From: Tubulanus polymorphus
Lineage: Eukaryota > Animalia > Nemertea
DNA length: 64,000 nucleotides
Reading direction: 5' to 3'
Assembly (NCBI RefSeq): GCF_964204645.1
Contig: NC_134030.1
Span: 1,967,355 to 2,031,354 of the forward strand
Part shown: in pieces, positions 38,224 through 51,200 of the stretch
Layout of the letters: every line of letters starts with the position of its first letter
Position numbering within the stretch: the first letter of the stretch is position 1
Program-made: the position numbers and the translations under genes
The notes under the pieces: model-generated
What the model was told of the DNA's origin: nothing
Databases searched by the model: none
The model's input: the letters and a program-made list of their open reading frames with translations, nothing else

Positions 38224-39239
38224 TTAAGTTTTGAGATGAGCTTTTAAAAAGCTTTTCAACACCTCCTTTATGCGTATTTCTACACGTTTTTGGTCTTGTG
38301 GACTCTCGGCACTCCACTCTCTCTCTCTTGCCCCCCAAATAGAGAAGGATAATTCAAACTTAGCTTTTTTGTATTGAGATCATCATTCACCGGTAGGTAG
38401 TTACAGTAGTTCATCATCTACTAGTTCAAGTAGCATTTCATTTTCTAGGATTCTAACTTTCTGCGACTGCAAATATAAGAAAATCATGATAAGTTTCTCG
38501 GAGTGAAAATGATTAACGTTAAAATATGAAGCACAGTGAAAAATATCGTTCAAACGCTACAAAGAAAAACATGGATTATTACTAAATGAAAACAGTAATA
38601 TGAAAAATGGCAATTTATGAAGATGATTTTATGAAAAAATTTATTAAAATGTACTCTACAACTCAATGGGATGTTACTGCATGGGTAAAACAATTAACTA
38701 AATTTTGAAATCAAGCTTTCTCACCATAATATAGCGATTTGAAGCGGATGTCCCCATCTAAAATTCAGCCGGCGGCATGGCTTGGAATAGGATTTCATTT
38801 ACCATTTCAGCATTCAGACCGCTCGGAGGTTTAGACAGGAGTGCGGCGATTCTGAGTGAATGGCGCGAAATGCTTTCAAACCTATTGACGCGTTACCGGA
38901 TTAGATCGGGAGACTATTGAGGGACCGAGTTCGGCATTCCTGCAGTGGCCAATCACAGAGAGCATCGTCCTTGAATAGATTCACCGCGAGGTCGAGTTTG
39001 ACTTCACCGCCGCCCGTTCCGCTGGAATAAACACCGGGTCACACACGAGATACCCTTTCATATTCATATTCTTAGCGTAACATTTCGATAGAAGGAATAA
39101 ATCTTAGATATCTCAATTAGAGCTTTTTATAGCAGTTACATTTCGTGGATACGAATTCAAATTTCTCATCGTACGTGTCTCTCGGAGGAGTCCTAATTTA
39201 GTACCGGTATCATCGTTGTTACACTTACATTTATCGTAT
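38224..39239 (-). pseudogene. Decayed spliced gene of uncertain family (possibly Mab-21/cGAS-like)
   Basis: Exons 39239-38725 and 38466-38224 have canonical splice sites. Protein-like frames (..EVKLDLAVNLFKDDALCDWPLQEC.., ..SQYKKAKFELSFSIWGAREREW..LKSFLKAHLKT*) are interrupted by several stops and frameshifts. Confidence 0.55.
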
Positions 39240-39314
39240 CTGTAATTCGAATTATCCCTTAAAACAGTATGATAAAACATAGGCTATATATCACCATCGG
39301 TTTTATGGTGACAA

Positions 39315-39522
39315 GATAAAACCCACTATTTACAAATTAAAAGAAATCTAAAATCGAGAATTTATTTATTGAAACAATCTAAAATATAAGAACACGACGT
39401 TTCGATCTCTAGAGATCCCTAGAGATCTAAAATTCTCGATTTTAGATTTCTTTTGATTTGTAAATAGTGGGTTTTTATCTTATCATCTGTTCACCACGTT
39501 TGAGTGTAGTTATCGTACATTT
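39315..39522. mobile_element. Penelope-like inverted-repeat insertion
   Basis: Inverted arms of ~50 bp (39315-39363 / 39431-39480) enclose GACGTTTCG (reverse of CGAAACGTC). Flanked by the direct repeat TGGTGACAA (39306-39314, 39523-39531). Confidence 0.55.
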
Positions 39523-40663
39523 TGGTGACAATTTTTATACTCGAATCTTCAAACAAACGAATATCAATTTGATATGCGAAATGTGATTTCTTACACTGAC
39601 AATCGTGTGAGCCCGTATCCTATAGCTTAAGATATAAAATTCGATTCAAATTTCGATGCCGCTGTTAAACTTCTTATATTTGCGGTGAAACGCTCCGAAT
39701 CCGCCTGAAACGTTCATCAACTCCTCCTTACAATGTGAACCGTTGTCAAACTTTATTTCTCATTTTATTAAAAAGTCATCTCGAATCTCCTCAACACACG
39801 TAAATAGGACCATGACGTGGAAGTCCAGTAATAACACGAACAGTCAGTAATCAAACCCCCTGCTCCCGTCAGATGTGGCACCAAATCCAAACAAAATCTC
39901 AAAAACAAATAAATAACAGGGTCATTCCATATTCAAAGTCAAAGATGAATAAGAAATTATAAAACTAACTTTATCTATGATAAACCGCCTCATTTTCAAG
40001 TTGTGAAAATGAAAATGAACATTTGTATTTTTTTCAACTGCCACATCATCTTTTGACATCACGCAAACACAAAATCACTGTGGACAATCTGGTGTTCTGA
40101 TGAATATATTTGTCGTGTTTTCGTTGATCAGTAAATAGCGAAAACTTACAAAAAATGGCGCGGCACCTGCGTGGCAATAGATACAACATTCGGGTATCAA
40201 AAACGGCCTCCAAAATAAGGCAATTTGTTTCTATAATTCCCTCGATACACTTGACTCGTAATGAATTCAACGTTTAAAGAAAAAAAATTATTTTCTAATA
40301 ACATCCCTCCGTTATTATCTCAAGTCCATAAAATCCGTAATCCATGATAAAAACGGCCTTAGCCATCAATCATGGATATTTTAAGAAAAACATTATTTCT
40401 AATAAGATTCTCGCCGTTAATGTCTCAAGTCCATAAAATCCTTAATCCAACTTATGTAATAGAAATTGCCTTTAGCCATCAATTATGAACACGTAGACGG
40501 GACATTACGTGGTTTACGCACGTGCCACAAAGCACCGACCTGTTGTGGAAACTAAAGTTCGCATGTTACAATTCATGTTAACGTTTGAAAAGACACTACG
40601 CCGTTTTTTAGAGTCTCCACGACTACAGACATTCCGGAGAGTATCAACTATTCACGATTTATC

Positions 40664-41930
40664 ATGAAACTCAACGTGGTAATTATATCTTAACTAATTA
40701 CTGTTATCTGTTAAACTGTTGATATTTTGTCGAATCAAATTCACTGTCACTGGCTGTCCTTTCACTGTCACACTGCTGTCTAACGTTACTAGAACTGGCT
40801 GTCCTTTCATTGGCTCTGTCCCAGTGTCTACTGTCTCACTACTGGGCCCTGACAAATGTTGAATTTTCAGGTCATCGATGCAGGAGCGATGCCTGTTTTT
40901 ATGTTAGTTTTGTTGATGACATTTTCATCCGCTGCGAAACTGAGTAAATTTTGCGGAGGTAATTGAAAGTAACCCAACACATAGTCCCATACCTTCCTCC
41001 AAAACCTAGTCTTATTACCTGACGATGTTTGGGTTTGACATTTACTATTTACAGTACAAATACCACTGGAGGGATTTCTTAACATTCAGACCTGTTTTCA
41101 TAAATTTAACAACAATGTTCAGAAAGGTCTTTATGTTAACGTAAAACAGATACAGTGCTCAAACATTACATGTTCTCAATTTGTAATTTTTCTTTGTCCG
41201 GACTACAGTTTTTTAAGCTGACTTGAGGCAGATACCATTAGAGGTTTTGTCGCTTTTGTTTATCTGAATTTTGCCAGCAAAGTTTCCTCTTGTTCTGGTA
41301 CGCGGACATTTTGGGAGCAAGAAATCGCTGTTGAAACGGTAGTTTTCATGTAGCAAGTTGTACAATAATAGTATTTGTAAAAATAATATATTTTTTTTAT
41401 ATTGGCACGGCTGCTTTTCACCGAGTCCTGGCAGTGGTTGTCTCCACAGTTATATCCGTCGCTCTACGATCCTAGTGTAACCAACTGTGGTACATCATAC
41501 ACTAAGGTTCTTGGTGAAGGCTGCTTAACCCGAGGAATGATTTCTTCTGGATCCCAGCCTCCCGATTATCCTACCCCCTGCAATCACATACAGTTCTGTC
41601 AAAATTCAAATGATGATCGTTTAAATGACTGATTGCTTGTCAACTCTTATAATTTCAGGTTCAGCAGAGACATGTGAATCACAGTCGAAAGAAGTGATCG
41701 AACAAGCGCCGAAAATTGAAAAAGAAAAAGAGAGAGTGAAACAGGAAGAGGAAAGAAAAATACGAGAGGCTGAGGAAGAGAAGAAGAAAGAAGATGAAGA
41801 AACTGCGAAGGAGGAAGATGGTGGTGATGATGAGAAACAAAGTGAAAATGAAGATGATAAATCTACTGGTGATAAAAATGATGCTGATAAGGATGATAGC
41901 TTTAAATTTCTAGACGATTTCATCAGATAA
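40664..41930 (+). CDS. Truncated CNPY paralog (signal peptide plus acidic tail; no saposin domain, no KDEL); 124 aa if spliced; may be a pseudogene
   Basis: Exons 40664-40678 (MKLNV), 40871-40958 and 41659-41930 are homologous to CNPY exons 1, 2 and 6. Splice sites are intact and phases compatible (375 nt). No homologs of exons 3-5 are visible between them. Confidence 0.6.
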
Positions 41931-43610
41931 ATGAAGCGTTTAAAATGGATTCGGTTTATGGCGAAATCCTTCCTTTCCATATTATGTTTATTGATTATCA
42001 GTGTACTTTACTCTACCATTCCGACTGCTTTCATTTATGATAATGAGCTAAGTATTTTTATCTAATCGCTTTGGATACAAATCCACGGTTGTCTGGGGCT
42101 GATATTTTAATTGATGGATTTGTATCATAGATGACCGTGCGGATAAGTAACAAGCGCCGGGGAGACGTGCTGATTCTTTTCTACCAACTCTCCGTGTAAA
42201 TCACGCAAATCGCGCTGCGCGAATGATCAAATCGGATTTGAGTAATCATCCAAATGCATTACTCTGAATCGATTTTTGACAAATCAAATACCTCTAGATG
42301 ACTCAAACGCCTCTAGATTGATTTGGTTTTTTCAGAACTGAATTTTTAGTTGATCATTCGAAGTTGTTGTCGATCAATTGAATGCTTTCAGTATCTGGTT
42401 TGTCCGCAGTATATATAACTCACTGCTCTGCTTACGATGTATAAACGAATGAATTTTCGAACGAATAATTTTATTCAGAATCAGATTCTTCAGTTTTTGG
42501 TCTTGTGATGAAAGACGGCGACGATGTATTTCGTAGGTCATTTCGGCTTTCAAATTTGTAAGAACTGTTAGACTGGTTGCCAGTATTCAGCCGACAAGCA
42601 ACCAGTCTAAAGAGCCGAGGGATTCTTTCTCTGGCAGTCGAAGATTTGGTGGCAGCACCGTAGGGTACCCCGGCGGGATTTCCGCAAACTAAATGTTCTG
42701 GCTAGAGTGGATTGAATATAATAAACTTTACAGTATCATTTTCATTTTATGCACTTGTAAATAACTGTGTCTTGTTTTTTAATTGGTCAATTGTGAGCGC
42801 AGTCGCAGTGTATTGCATTAGTTCTCGTAAATTCACGCTAGAGGACCGTATGGTCCTGCCGCCTTCTTCGACTGCCAGAGCAAGAATCTCTCGACTGCCA
42901 CAGTTGCGTTCTAACAATAATATTAAAACGTTATACTGTAACATTCGTAGAATTTGAAGTAGATTATTTTTCTGTAAATCTTTATGGATAAATAGATTAT
43001 TAGATCATAAATAATATTTCAAATCATTCAATGGCACCCTGACCACATAATCAGGTTCGGGTTCGAGCCTGGGACTACCCTGAATTGACTCATTAACAAA
43101 CAAATCGCCACTTGGGAAATCCAATGTTGTCCTTTCAGATTTTAAATAGAAACTCCTCATTCGAACTAAAAAATAACCGTGAAAACAGAAACTTTATTTT
43201 GAAGATGAAAAAACTTTATTCAAATTTCTAGCAGCACCATTACGACTACAAGCATTCGATGGAATGTTTCATGTACAATTCATCAAAAAACAATAAGACG
43301 AAGGAAAATAAGTTTCAAGAACGAAAGGAAGAAGTGAATGAAAATCACATCAATCAGTTCCATCTAAATTAGTTAGTTTATGTAACTGACGTCAAAAAAA
43401 CACAACACTTGATCATAAACTAATAAAACAAATCACCATGTACTCTGATAAAAATATTGCATCATAAAATAATTTGTATTTCTTATTCAATTTACTAAGT
43501 GTAAGCCATCATTCGGATAAGTCATCGTCTCAACTATATCTTAAACAAGTTTGGCTGCATTTCAAGGGTTACAAGAAAATTAGCCACGGAGCCATTCACA
43601 TCCTCCCTCT

Positions 43611-43924
43611 GCAGGGACTCGAACCTGATGGCATCGCTGCACTCAGCCACGGCACAAACCCCTGCCACACTAGACCGAGTGCGCAGGTACATGCGCAGCT
43701 TTCCGAACGAAAACTGGCGGCACCAATCAGATTGCTCGTTGTATAATCGTTGAGACAAATTTCAAGGAAGAACTATAAATGGGAAAACCCGGGCTAAAAT
43801 AAAACGGGATTTCTGATTGGCTAAAAATCACATCATCTGAACTGCGCATGTATCTGCGCACACGGTCGATTATGGCAGGGTTTCGTGCCTTGGCAATCTC
43901 GATGCCATCAGGTTCGGATCCCTG
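43611..43924. mobile_element. Foldback MITE with ~90-bp imperfect TIRs
   Basis: CAGGGACTCGAACCTGATGGCATCG...CGATGCCATCAGGTTCGGATCCCTG, plus inner TGCGCAGGTACATGCGCAG / CTGCGCATGTATCTGCGCA. Confidence 0.7.
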
Positions 43925-44528
43925 CCGGGGGAGGATGAGCCATTCATAGAATACACAGTGTATGAGTGTACAGTGTATGAGAAATTGACCAACTTTTGTC
44001 GATACTTTGTCTATGAGATTTATAAAATGATCTTTGTGACATCTCAAACATTACATTAAACATTAAGTAATTATACTATCAGTACCCTGTAAAGAGAAGC
44101 AAGTTGTTGTAATGAATCCAGTCCTGGTAATCAGTTGCATAGTCGACCATATAAAGCCAATCAAACAACTAATGACCAGTTTTAAGATTTAAGACCCTTT
44201 TTGGACCTTTGCAAGTGGGCCCAGAGCTCTAGTCCACCATGTTTAGTGATCTAAGATTCTGGATCCAGGATAAGTTTCAGTTTGGTGAAAAATTCCAAAC
44301 ACCTGAGAATTATAGGCAGTTATTATTAAATGCAGCAGTAAAGAGAAGACTACACCAACGTTAAACATTCTACAAACAAAGTCCCACATAAAAAGAAAAT
44401 ATCTAAAACATTTCCACGATCACAATTGAGAGTAGATCGATAGCCATATCGCTGAAACTGGTAGCGCCATCTGCGGTCGATCATGAATCAACTGATTCGC
44501 GGGTGTCGCGTTGTTGTCAAGTCGTGAT

Positions 44529-47500
44529 TCACGAATGTTTCGGTCTAACAGTCGCGTATTCAGCGTAACCGGGGGCGACGAATGAGAGCACGAATTTCAT
44601 TAATAAATCGCAGACATTCGGAAATATCAATTCAGTCGAAACCGGCATCAAAAACCACTTCACGAAAGCCAAAACGTAGAACAAATTTATGGATGTCTGA
44701 GGAAGTTTTTGTCGATCGAAAATCTGATAAAGTGAAACGGCGACAGCGATGTAGAAGATTCTACTCGGTAAAGATGGCGGTCGATCTTTCAGAGAACGTC
44801 TGGTTAACCTGAGGGCAATCCCAAGTCCTACAAAACAGAGCAACTGATACATGTATATTCTTTGAAAGATTGCGTTTAAAACATTCCTATACTCCCAAAC
44901 TATGTGTTAATGGCCCATTATTGATTCAGTTACAAACTCTCTACCGGTCGCTTCTATCAGGTTTACAGATTGCAAACTCTCTACCGGCCCTTTCTATAGG
45001 TTTACAGATTACAAACTCTTTACCGGTCGCTTCTATCAGGTTTACAGATTACAAACTCTCTACCGGCCGCTTCTATCAGGTTTACAGATTACAAACTCTC
45101 TACCGGCCGCTTCTATCAGGTTTACAGATTACAAACTCTCTACCGGCCGCTTCTATCAGGTTTACAGATTACAAACTCTCTACCGGCCGCTTCTATCAGG
45201 TTTACAGATTACAAACTCTCTACCGGCCGCTTCTATCAGGTTTACAGATTACAAACTCTCCACCAGTTGCTTCTATCAGGTTTACGGATTACAAACTCTC
45301 TACCGGGGCCGCTTCTATCAGGTTTACAGATTACAAACTCTCTACCGGTCGCTTCTATCAGGTTTACAGATTACATACTCTCTACCGGCCGCTTCTATCA
45401 GGTTTACAGATTACTAACTCTCTATCTTTCCTTCTATCTTCTAGATTTACAGATTATACTACTCCAAAATAGGTAGAGTGTATTCTGGTCGAAACAAACA
45501 TGTCAGAAGAGAATTTCACAATTGATAAGAGACCAATCAGAAACCTGCCTAAATTCTTACCTAATAAAGCAGCAGAATCGCGAACTATTGCATGAAATAG
45601 AGTCGTATCGAGATGAATCCATTCGGGTTTTTGACACCATTTTAAAGCACTGGAAACACTCCACATCGGATTCATATTCAATACGTTCTCAATCAGCGAG
45701 TAAACAGCGAATCCACTTAATAACAATCCTGCACTCACTAACATATAGACACAACTACGCACGTGTAATAGTGGAACATGACGAATCAATTCAGCTACGA
45801 TCAAACCTAGAAATATAAAACAGAGATAAATATCAATCATTACCGGTGCTGAAGTTGTTGGTTAAGTTTTCAAATTGTTAGTACTCGTGAGAATGACTTT
45901 AAATCCAAACAACAAATTGGTAAATTGACTTCAAAATACAACTTGGGACTAAAGAATAGAGATGACATCAGTAATGTGACAACTCTGATGACAACTTAAC
46001 AGAGTTTGATAATGCAAGATCTATAGGCCTACATGGGAAACTCGTTACAACAAACTTTAGGGGACCAGAAAATCTGTTTGTTATTACTGATGATACAGTG
46101 ACACAATGAACTTCAGACCAGAAAATCTGTTTGTTTGTTACCGGTATAAACAAAGGAAAATACAGTGTGAAATTATATAAATTGTCCTACCCGGTATTTG
46201 AATGGGATGAAATTCTAGGTTTGTAATAACTTATAAATCATTGTATCCAAAGATCATACATATACCGCAGTTTACGAGATGCAAATAAAAACGTTTACCT
46301 ATGAACGTGCCCAGGACGACTTGATGAGGGAAATGAGTAGCAATAAACAACCGCGAGATCATTACGCAAAACATGAATATGAAATATCCAAACCAACATA
46401 AAACATTCATCACAAACCTGAAATTAGATCAAACAGCACGAATCTTCAAATGATGACAGTAACACCAAAATCAGTTCATTTTCAATTTTTAACACTGAAA
46501 CCAGTTTGACAAATAGATTTTAATCAATTATTCTTATTCAGAGCACAATTTTAGCAGAGACCAGGCGTGGATCGCTGCGGCCCGGTTTCACGAAAAAGTT
46601 TAAATGTCAAATCAATTTAAGGATATCAAATTCTAATCCTCCTAAGGAAATGGGTTGAATTCAACTCCTAAATTTTAAAGCGATTTATTAACTAAAACCT
46701 GAGTCCTGGTTTGTTATACAGAACATGTTGCTATAAATGAGTATCTCGTACCTGTGATGTTTCGAAGCAAAGGTGCTGTGGCAAGTGAGGTGTCGTATAA
46801 GTAGATATAAAACAGACGCTGTAACCATCGCGTGACCAGACGGACTTCCCGGACCGGTTTCACACGTTAAATAAAACTGATCTAATCTCGGACGAGTTTG
46901 ATTGTTGTATAAATGAGTTTCATGAATCCACCAGTACGGTCGGTGACCGTGCAGAACCCTGAAATATCAAAAACTATTCATTATCATCCATTTAACTCTC
47001 TTTCAGCGTGTCCACCCCATAGTGCAGTGTAAAATTGGGTGATGCTAGTACACTGCATCGCGGTGTATTGATGTAATTAGTTATTAGTTATTAATCTATA
47101 TTGTATAAGATATATTCAGTGTTGACGCACTATAGCGGTATTCCCATTATGATCAACAAATTCGGACGAAATTTCTAAAAAGTTTTTAAATCTCCAACTC
47201 TTTTGGGTGTTAAGAGCTCCACGGCTGATCTACATCTGGATATTTATTCAGTTAAATTGAGCTTTAACCCTTTTAGTGCTGACCAATTAACACCCAGAGC
47301 TGGAGATGATTACCGGTAGATAATTTTTTAAAATTCAACCCCAGCGTGTTATATAGGTCTGCCAAGCATCCGGCTAGCTGCTACAGTGCATCTACACACT
47401 GGTTTAGTGTATTGTAACAAACTAATATTTCACCAAATTTGACAGGTGCTGCCATCTTCTGATAAAGATATAAACTACTGGTATTTACATATACTGTGAT

Positions 47501-48026
47501 GCGGTGTAAGCCGACTAGCAAAGTCCATCATCGGTGCTTAATTTAGATTCATACACCGCATGGTGGTGTAGACACATTGAAACATGCTAAAAGGGCAGTT
47601 CAATCTGAATTTCGTATTTACCATTTCAACAACGCGTTAATCCATTCAGAAATAGAAGCCGCCCACAACAATCGGATTCCTACCGATCGATTTAAGTAAA
47701 ATGCCAGCGGGAAATAGATAATAAACGCGTTTCTCGGGTCTCCCAAATACGTCAGTAATAACATAACGTTACTGTATTCCTACAAATGTAATAATAATAA
47801 TAATAATAATAAAAATAACAATAATAATTTCAAGAATAAAAGTTATTGTTAATTTATGTTCAAGATAGAAACAATAAATCGTTATTGGATTGAATTGAAT
47901 TAAACAGAACGCGTAACCCCGACAGGAATCAGCTTTATAAAACAAATTATTCCTAGAATTTACCTTAAACTGTATTTGTAAATACTGAATGAATAGAACT
48001 CCGTTGACATGAAGTACATCCATCAT
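44529..48026 (-). CDS. G6PC: Glucose-6-phosphatase (PAP2 family, ER membrane)
   Basis: Exons (descending): 48026-47964, 47779-47622, 46958-46752, 46417-46299, 45806-45561, 44827-44529. Catalytic motifs KWVLHGHRPYWW, TCETGPGSPSGHAM, SRLFIATHFPHQV; also LGDPRNAF and KWCQKPEWIHLDTT. Confidence 0.93.
44930..45430. repeat. 40-bp minisatellite, ~12 copies, in the last G6PC intron
   Basis: Unit TACAAACTCTCTACCGGCCGCTTCTATCAGGTTTACAGAT. Confidence 0.95.
47264..47595. mobile_element. piggyBac-type MITE, diverged relative (another partial copy at ~46992-47140)
   Basis: Starts TTAACCCTTTTAGTGCT and shares the internal TTTGACAGGTGCTGCCATCTT block. Confidence 0.65.
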
Positions 48027-48223
48027 CTTTTATGATGCAAAAAAGCACAAAATATCTGTTGTCAAAAAATTACGAATATCTTGACCGTTACGTGCTGCCC
48101 CTATAAAAAACGTTGACGGCGAATTGTTGAACTAATTTGTTACTCGCATGCCACAGTAAGAATGCGTGATTACCGTACGGTGCTGCCACCGTCTGATTCA
48201 GTCCAGCATTACTCAATTTTATT
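48027..48223. promoter_or_regulatory. Bidirectional promoter between G6PC and AGMO
   Basis: Divergent start codons are separated by 197 bp; TATAAAA at ~48102. Confidence 0.7.
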
Positions 48224-51200
48224 ATGGCGTCTGCAAATCTAGGAACAGTTTTCAACCATCCTGTGGTTTTTGGTGTCCGTAGATTGTTCTATTTAGTTGG
48301 CACCAATGAAACATCATTTGAAACGACAGAACAGGTTCCCGATTATGTAACTAAAGTAAGTAATTCTTTCTAGAATTCTTAATTAGTCTTAATTACGCTA
48401 TGTTTAAAGACAATTCAATTCAAGAGCTGTCAAAAAAGTCAAGACAAAATCATTTGAAAATGACACTGTTTTGTTCGCTTTGCCTTTCTTCTTTATCACT
48501 CTGGTATCTTCTTTTAGAAGTCCTTCCTGGGTCCGGTTACAAGTGTATTGTGTTTATTTCAGGCGCTACCCTATTTCTTTTCTCTGGCCGTGTTAGAAGC
48601 GATCATAGCCCCTTTAAGAGGAAAAAGAAGAATTCGTATCAATGATGGAATAACGTCTATCAGTGCTGGGCTGATTAGCCTGCTTCCGCTGTAAGTATCA
48701 TCAGTAACTCTCCTCCACTACAACCATACTCTGGCTCAGAGCTGTCTCTGTGAATGAGAAGAATAGAAGCAATCGCTTCTCAGGTCTGCGGTCAAAGTAA
48801 AATTCTACGCTTAGGGCTAGCATTTCAATTTTTTTTGGGGGGGGGGGGGTGCCAGTAAGTTAATAACCCGAAGAAGGGCAGGTATAGACTTAGTGGATAT
48901 AACACATCGCTAAACATCGCATCATTTTTTATCTTAAATTCATATAAGTTTTATCGTCCAAACGATACCTTACATAAAAATGTCATAGGTCTACGAGAGG
49001 TCAATGGAGATAGGCCTACTGATTATCAAAATTGGTTATTTACTAGCTGAGATATCGCAGTTTAAACAAAGATAAAATAAAGAATACCGACCGACCGCCG
49101 TCTGTTCGGCAAACGTCAAAGGATGATAAATTTTTTCAATTGTATCCTATTTATAGAATTTTTAATTCCAGGTTAAATATCTTAAGTTATGTAGGCTCCC
49201 CTGGTTTAATTAAAGTGATTCAAACAATTGATAGCGGCTGATCAACTGACCTTGTACCTTGACTTAAAATGGGGTCAGATCAATAATAGGAACCTCAGCT
49301 AGCAAGAAACAACTGTTCATATTGAATACAAGTTTTAGTTCACATTAAAATAGATTTCACGGAAAGCATGACAGGTTATAAGCAGCTAGATTCAAGGAAA
49401 CAAGCCAAAAAACAAACAAAAGAAATTATATAGGCCTATATTTATACTAGTTAATTCTAGGCAATTCTTTATAGTCTCGGTTTTGCTTGCGCTGCCCCTG
49501 TTTTATGGAATAATCTACCTTTAACCTTACGTACTAGTGATGATATTTAATTATTTTAAAACCAATCTAAAAACATTTCTTTTTACTCAGTATTATGATA
49601 ACTAATGTTTTATTAAAACTATTTTATTATCTTAATGTATTCATTATTGTAAACCGCCTTGAAACGCAGTGTAAAGCGGTATATAAATAAGATTATTATT
49701 ATTATTATTATATTTGATGATTGACACTGTATTGCTGTTGTGACGATTATATAAAGAGAAGCCCACAATAATACCGCAAAAATGAAGTTCGAAAATGTTT
49801 CCTTGAGCTAGCCTAGTAGTTTACTTGACGTTTCAAATTAATATTTATATATCTATCTTCATAATAGTGAGTTATGTAATGTATATACAATCCAGAACAA
49901 AGAGACTAATCAAGTAATCAGAGGTGATGATACAAACTTAGTAGAAAATAATATATTAACATTAACCATGAATTTAGAGATACTGACATGTATGTCTGAG
50001 AGATGATGGGCTTTTTGTAGTTGAACTCTGCTGCGATCACCGACAGCTACTGACCTACTCGGGAGATGAATCATATATTTGATTAAGTAGGCCTTTATTC
50101 TTTAACCCTTTCAGTGCTGACTAATTAATACCCTATAGTACTGAGTATGATTTGAAAATTCTGAAAAATTCCACCCTAGTGTGTTGAATAACGGGAATAG
50201 CACTATAGTGCGTCTACACCGCGGCGCCGTGTATCGTTAGTTACTAATATTTCGCTATGTTTGACAGGTGCTGCCATCTTTCAATATAGATAATTACTAA
50301 TTAAATCAATACACCGCAGTGCGGTGTACTAGCGAAATCCATCACTGATTCGTACACCGCACTGCGGTGTAGATTCACTGAAAGGCTTAAAAGGTTATTT
50401 TCGTGATTTATTTATTTCAGGATTTTCTGGCGAGGAATTGACACTTCTTTATACATGATAATGTATGATATGAGATTGATGAGTTTACAGTGGGATCATC
50501 CGCTCACCTGGTGGATCGCGTTTATAGGCGTCGACTTCGCGTATTATTGGGTCCACAGAATGGCACATGGTAAGAGACCAAATTTGAAAATTTCTGTTTA
50601 AAGGTCTTTTAAATTATGGATGAGTAAGTTCCAAGTTTCGAAGAAGTTTATTTTCAAACATGTAAAATTTTGTTTCAATGTGGGGTTGCGTTGTAAGCAG
50701 GGACCGACCCACTGGGAGGATGCAGTTGGTTCATGGCCCCCCTTAAAAAAGTCAAGTTACACCGGAATTTTACAGGAAAATGAAAAATAATGAACTGATA
50801 GCAAAACGTTCAAACTCATAAACTCGTTCTCTGTATTTTCAAAAATGAGTCAAAGTTAGTTTTCAGATGATCGGATGCCCTTTTCATTAGAATGTGAGAT
50901 ATACCCTATTTCGGGGGGTGCAGACTCTAGATCCTCCCCTGGCAAGTTACCATTAGGCTCAATTATGATGGTGTAGAATTGTCTCAGGAGGACAATAGAT
51001 AACCACAATTTTGAGCTAGTGGCAATCTGTTTTTCGGTTCTATAGAATTCTCAGTTACTGATCGCGTGTATAATCTCTTACTATAAATAGATTACGATTT
51101 AGATTTCAAACTCATTTTCTTCTGATTAAAACGTCAGTAATGTTTTTTTTGTTTGAACTGTATTCCAGAGGTGAATCTGTTTTGGGCGGCGCATCAGGTT

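Larger units (their letters stand above)
21663..38376. repeat. Macrosatellite / tandem segmental duplication of ~3 units (starts ~21663, ~27618, ~33251)
   Basis: Near-identical blocks recur with periods of ~5955 and ~5633 bp, and the ORF track shows triplicated ORFs. Homology ends at ..GTATTG 38376. Units differ by scattered substitutions and by sub-repeat copy number. Confidence 0.97.

Noticed and set aside
19640-39239. Alternative genetic code or stop readthrough explaining stops at Gln/Arg positions in the two decayed genes
   Set aside because: Neighbouring genes use TAG and TGA as normal stops, and frameshifts are also present; C-to-T decay is sufficient.
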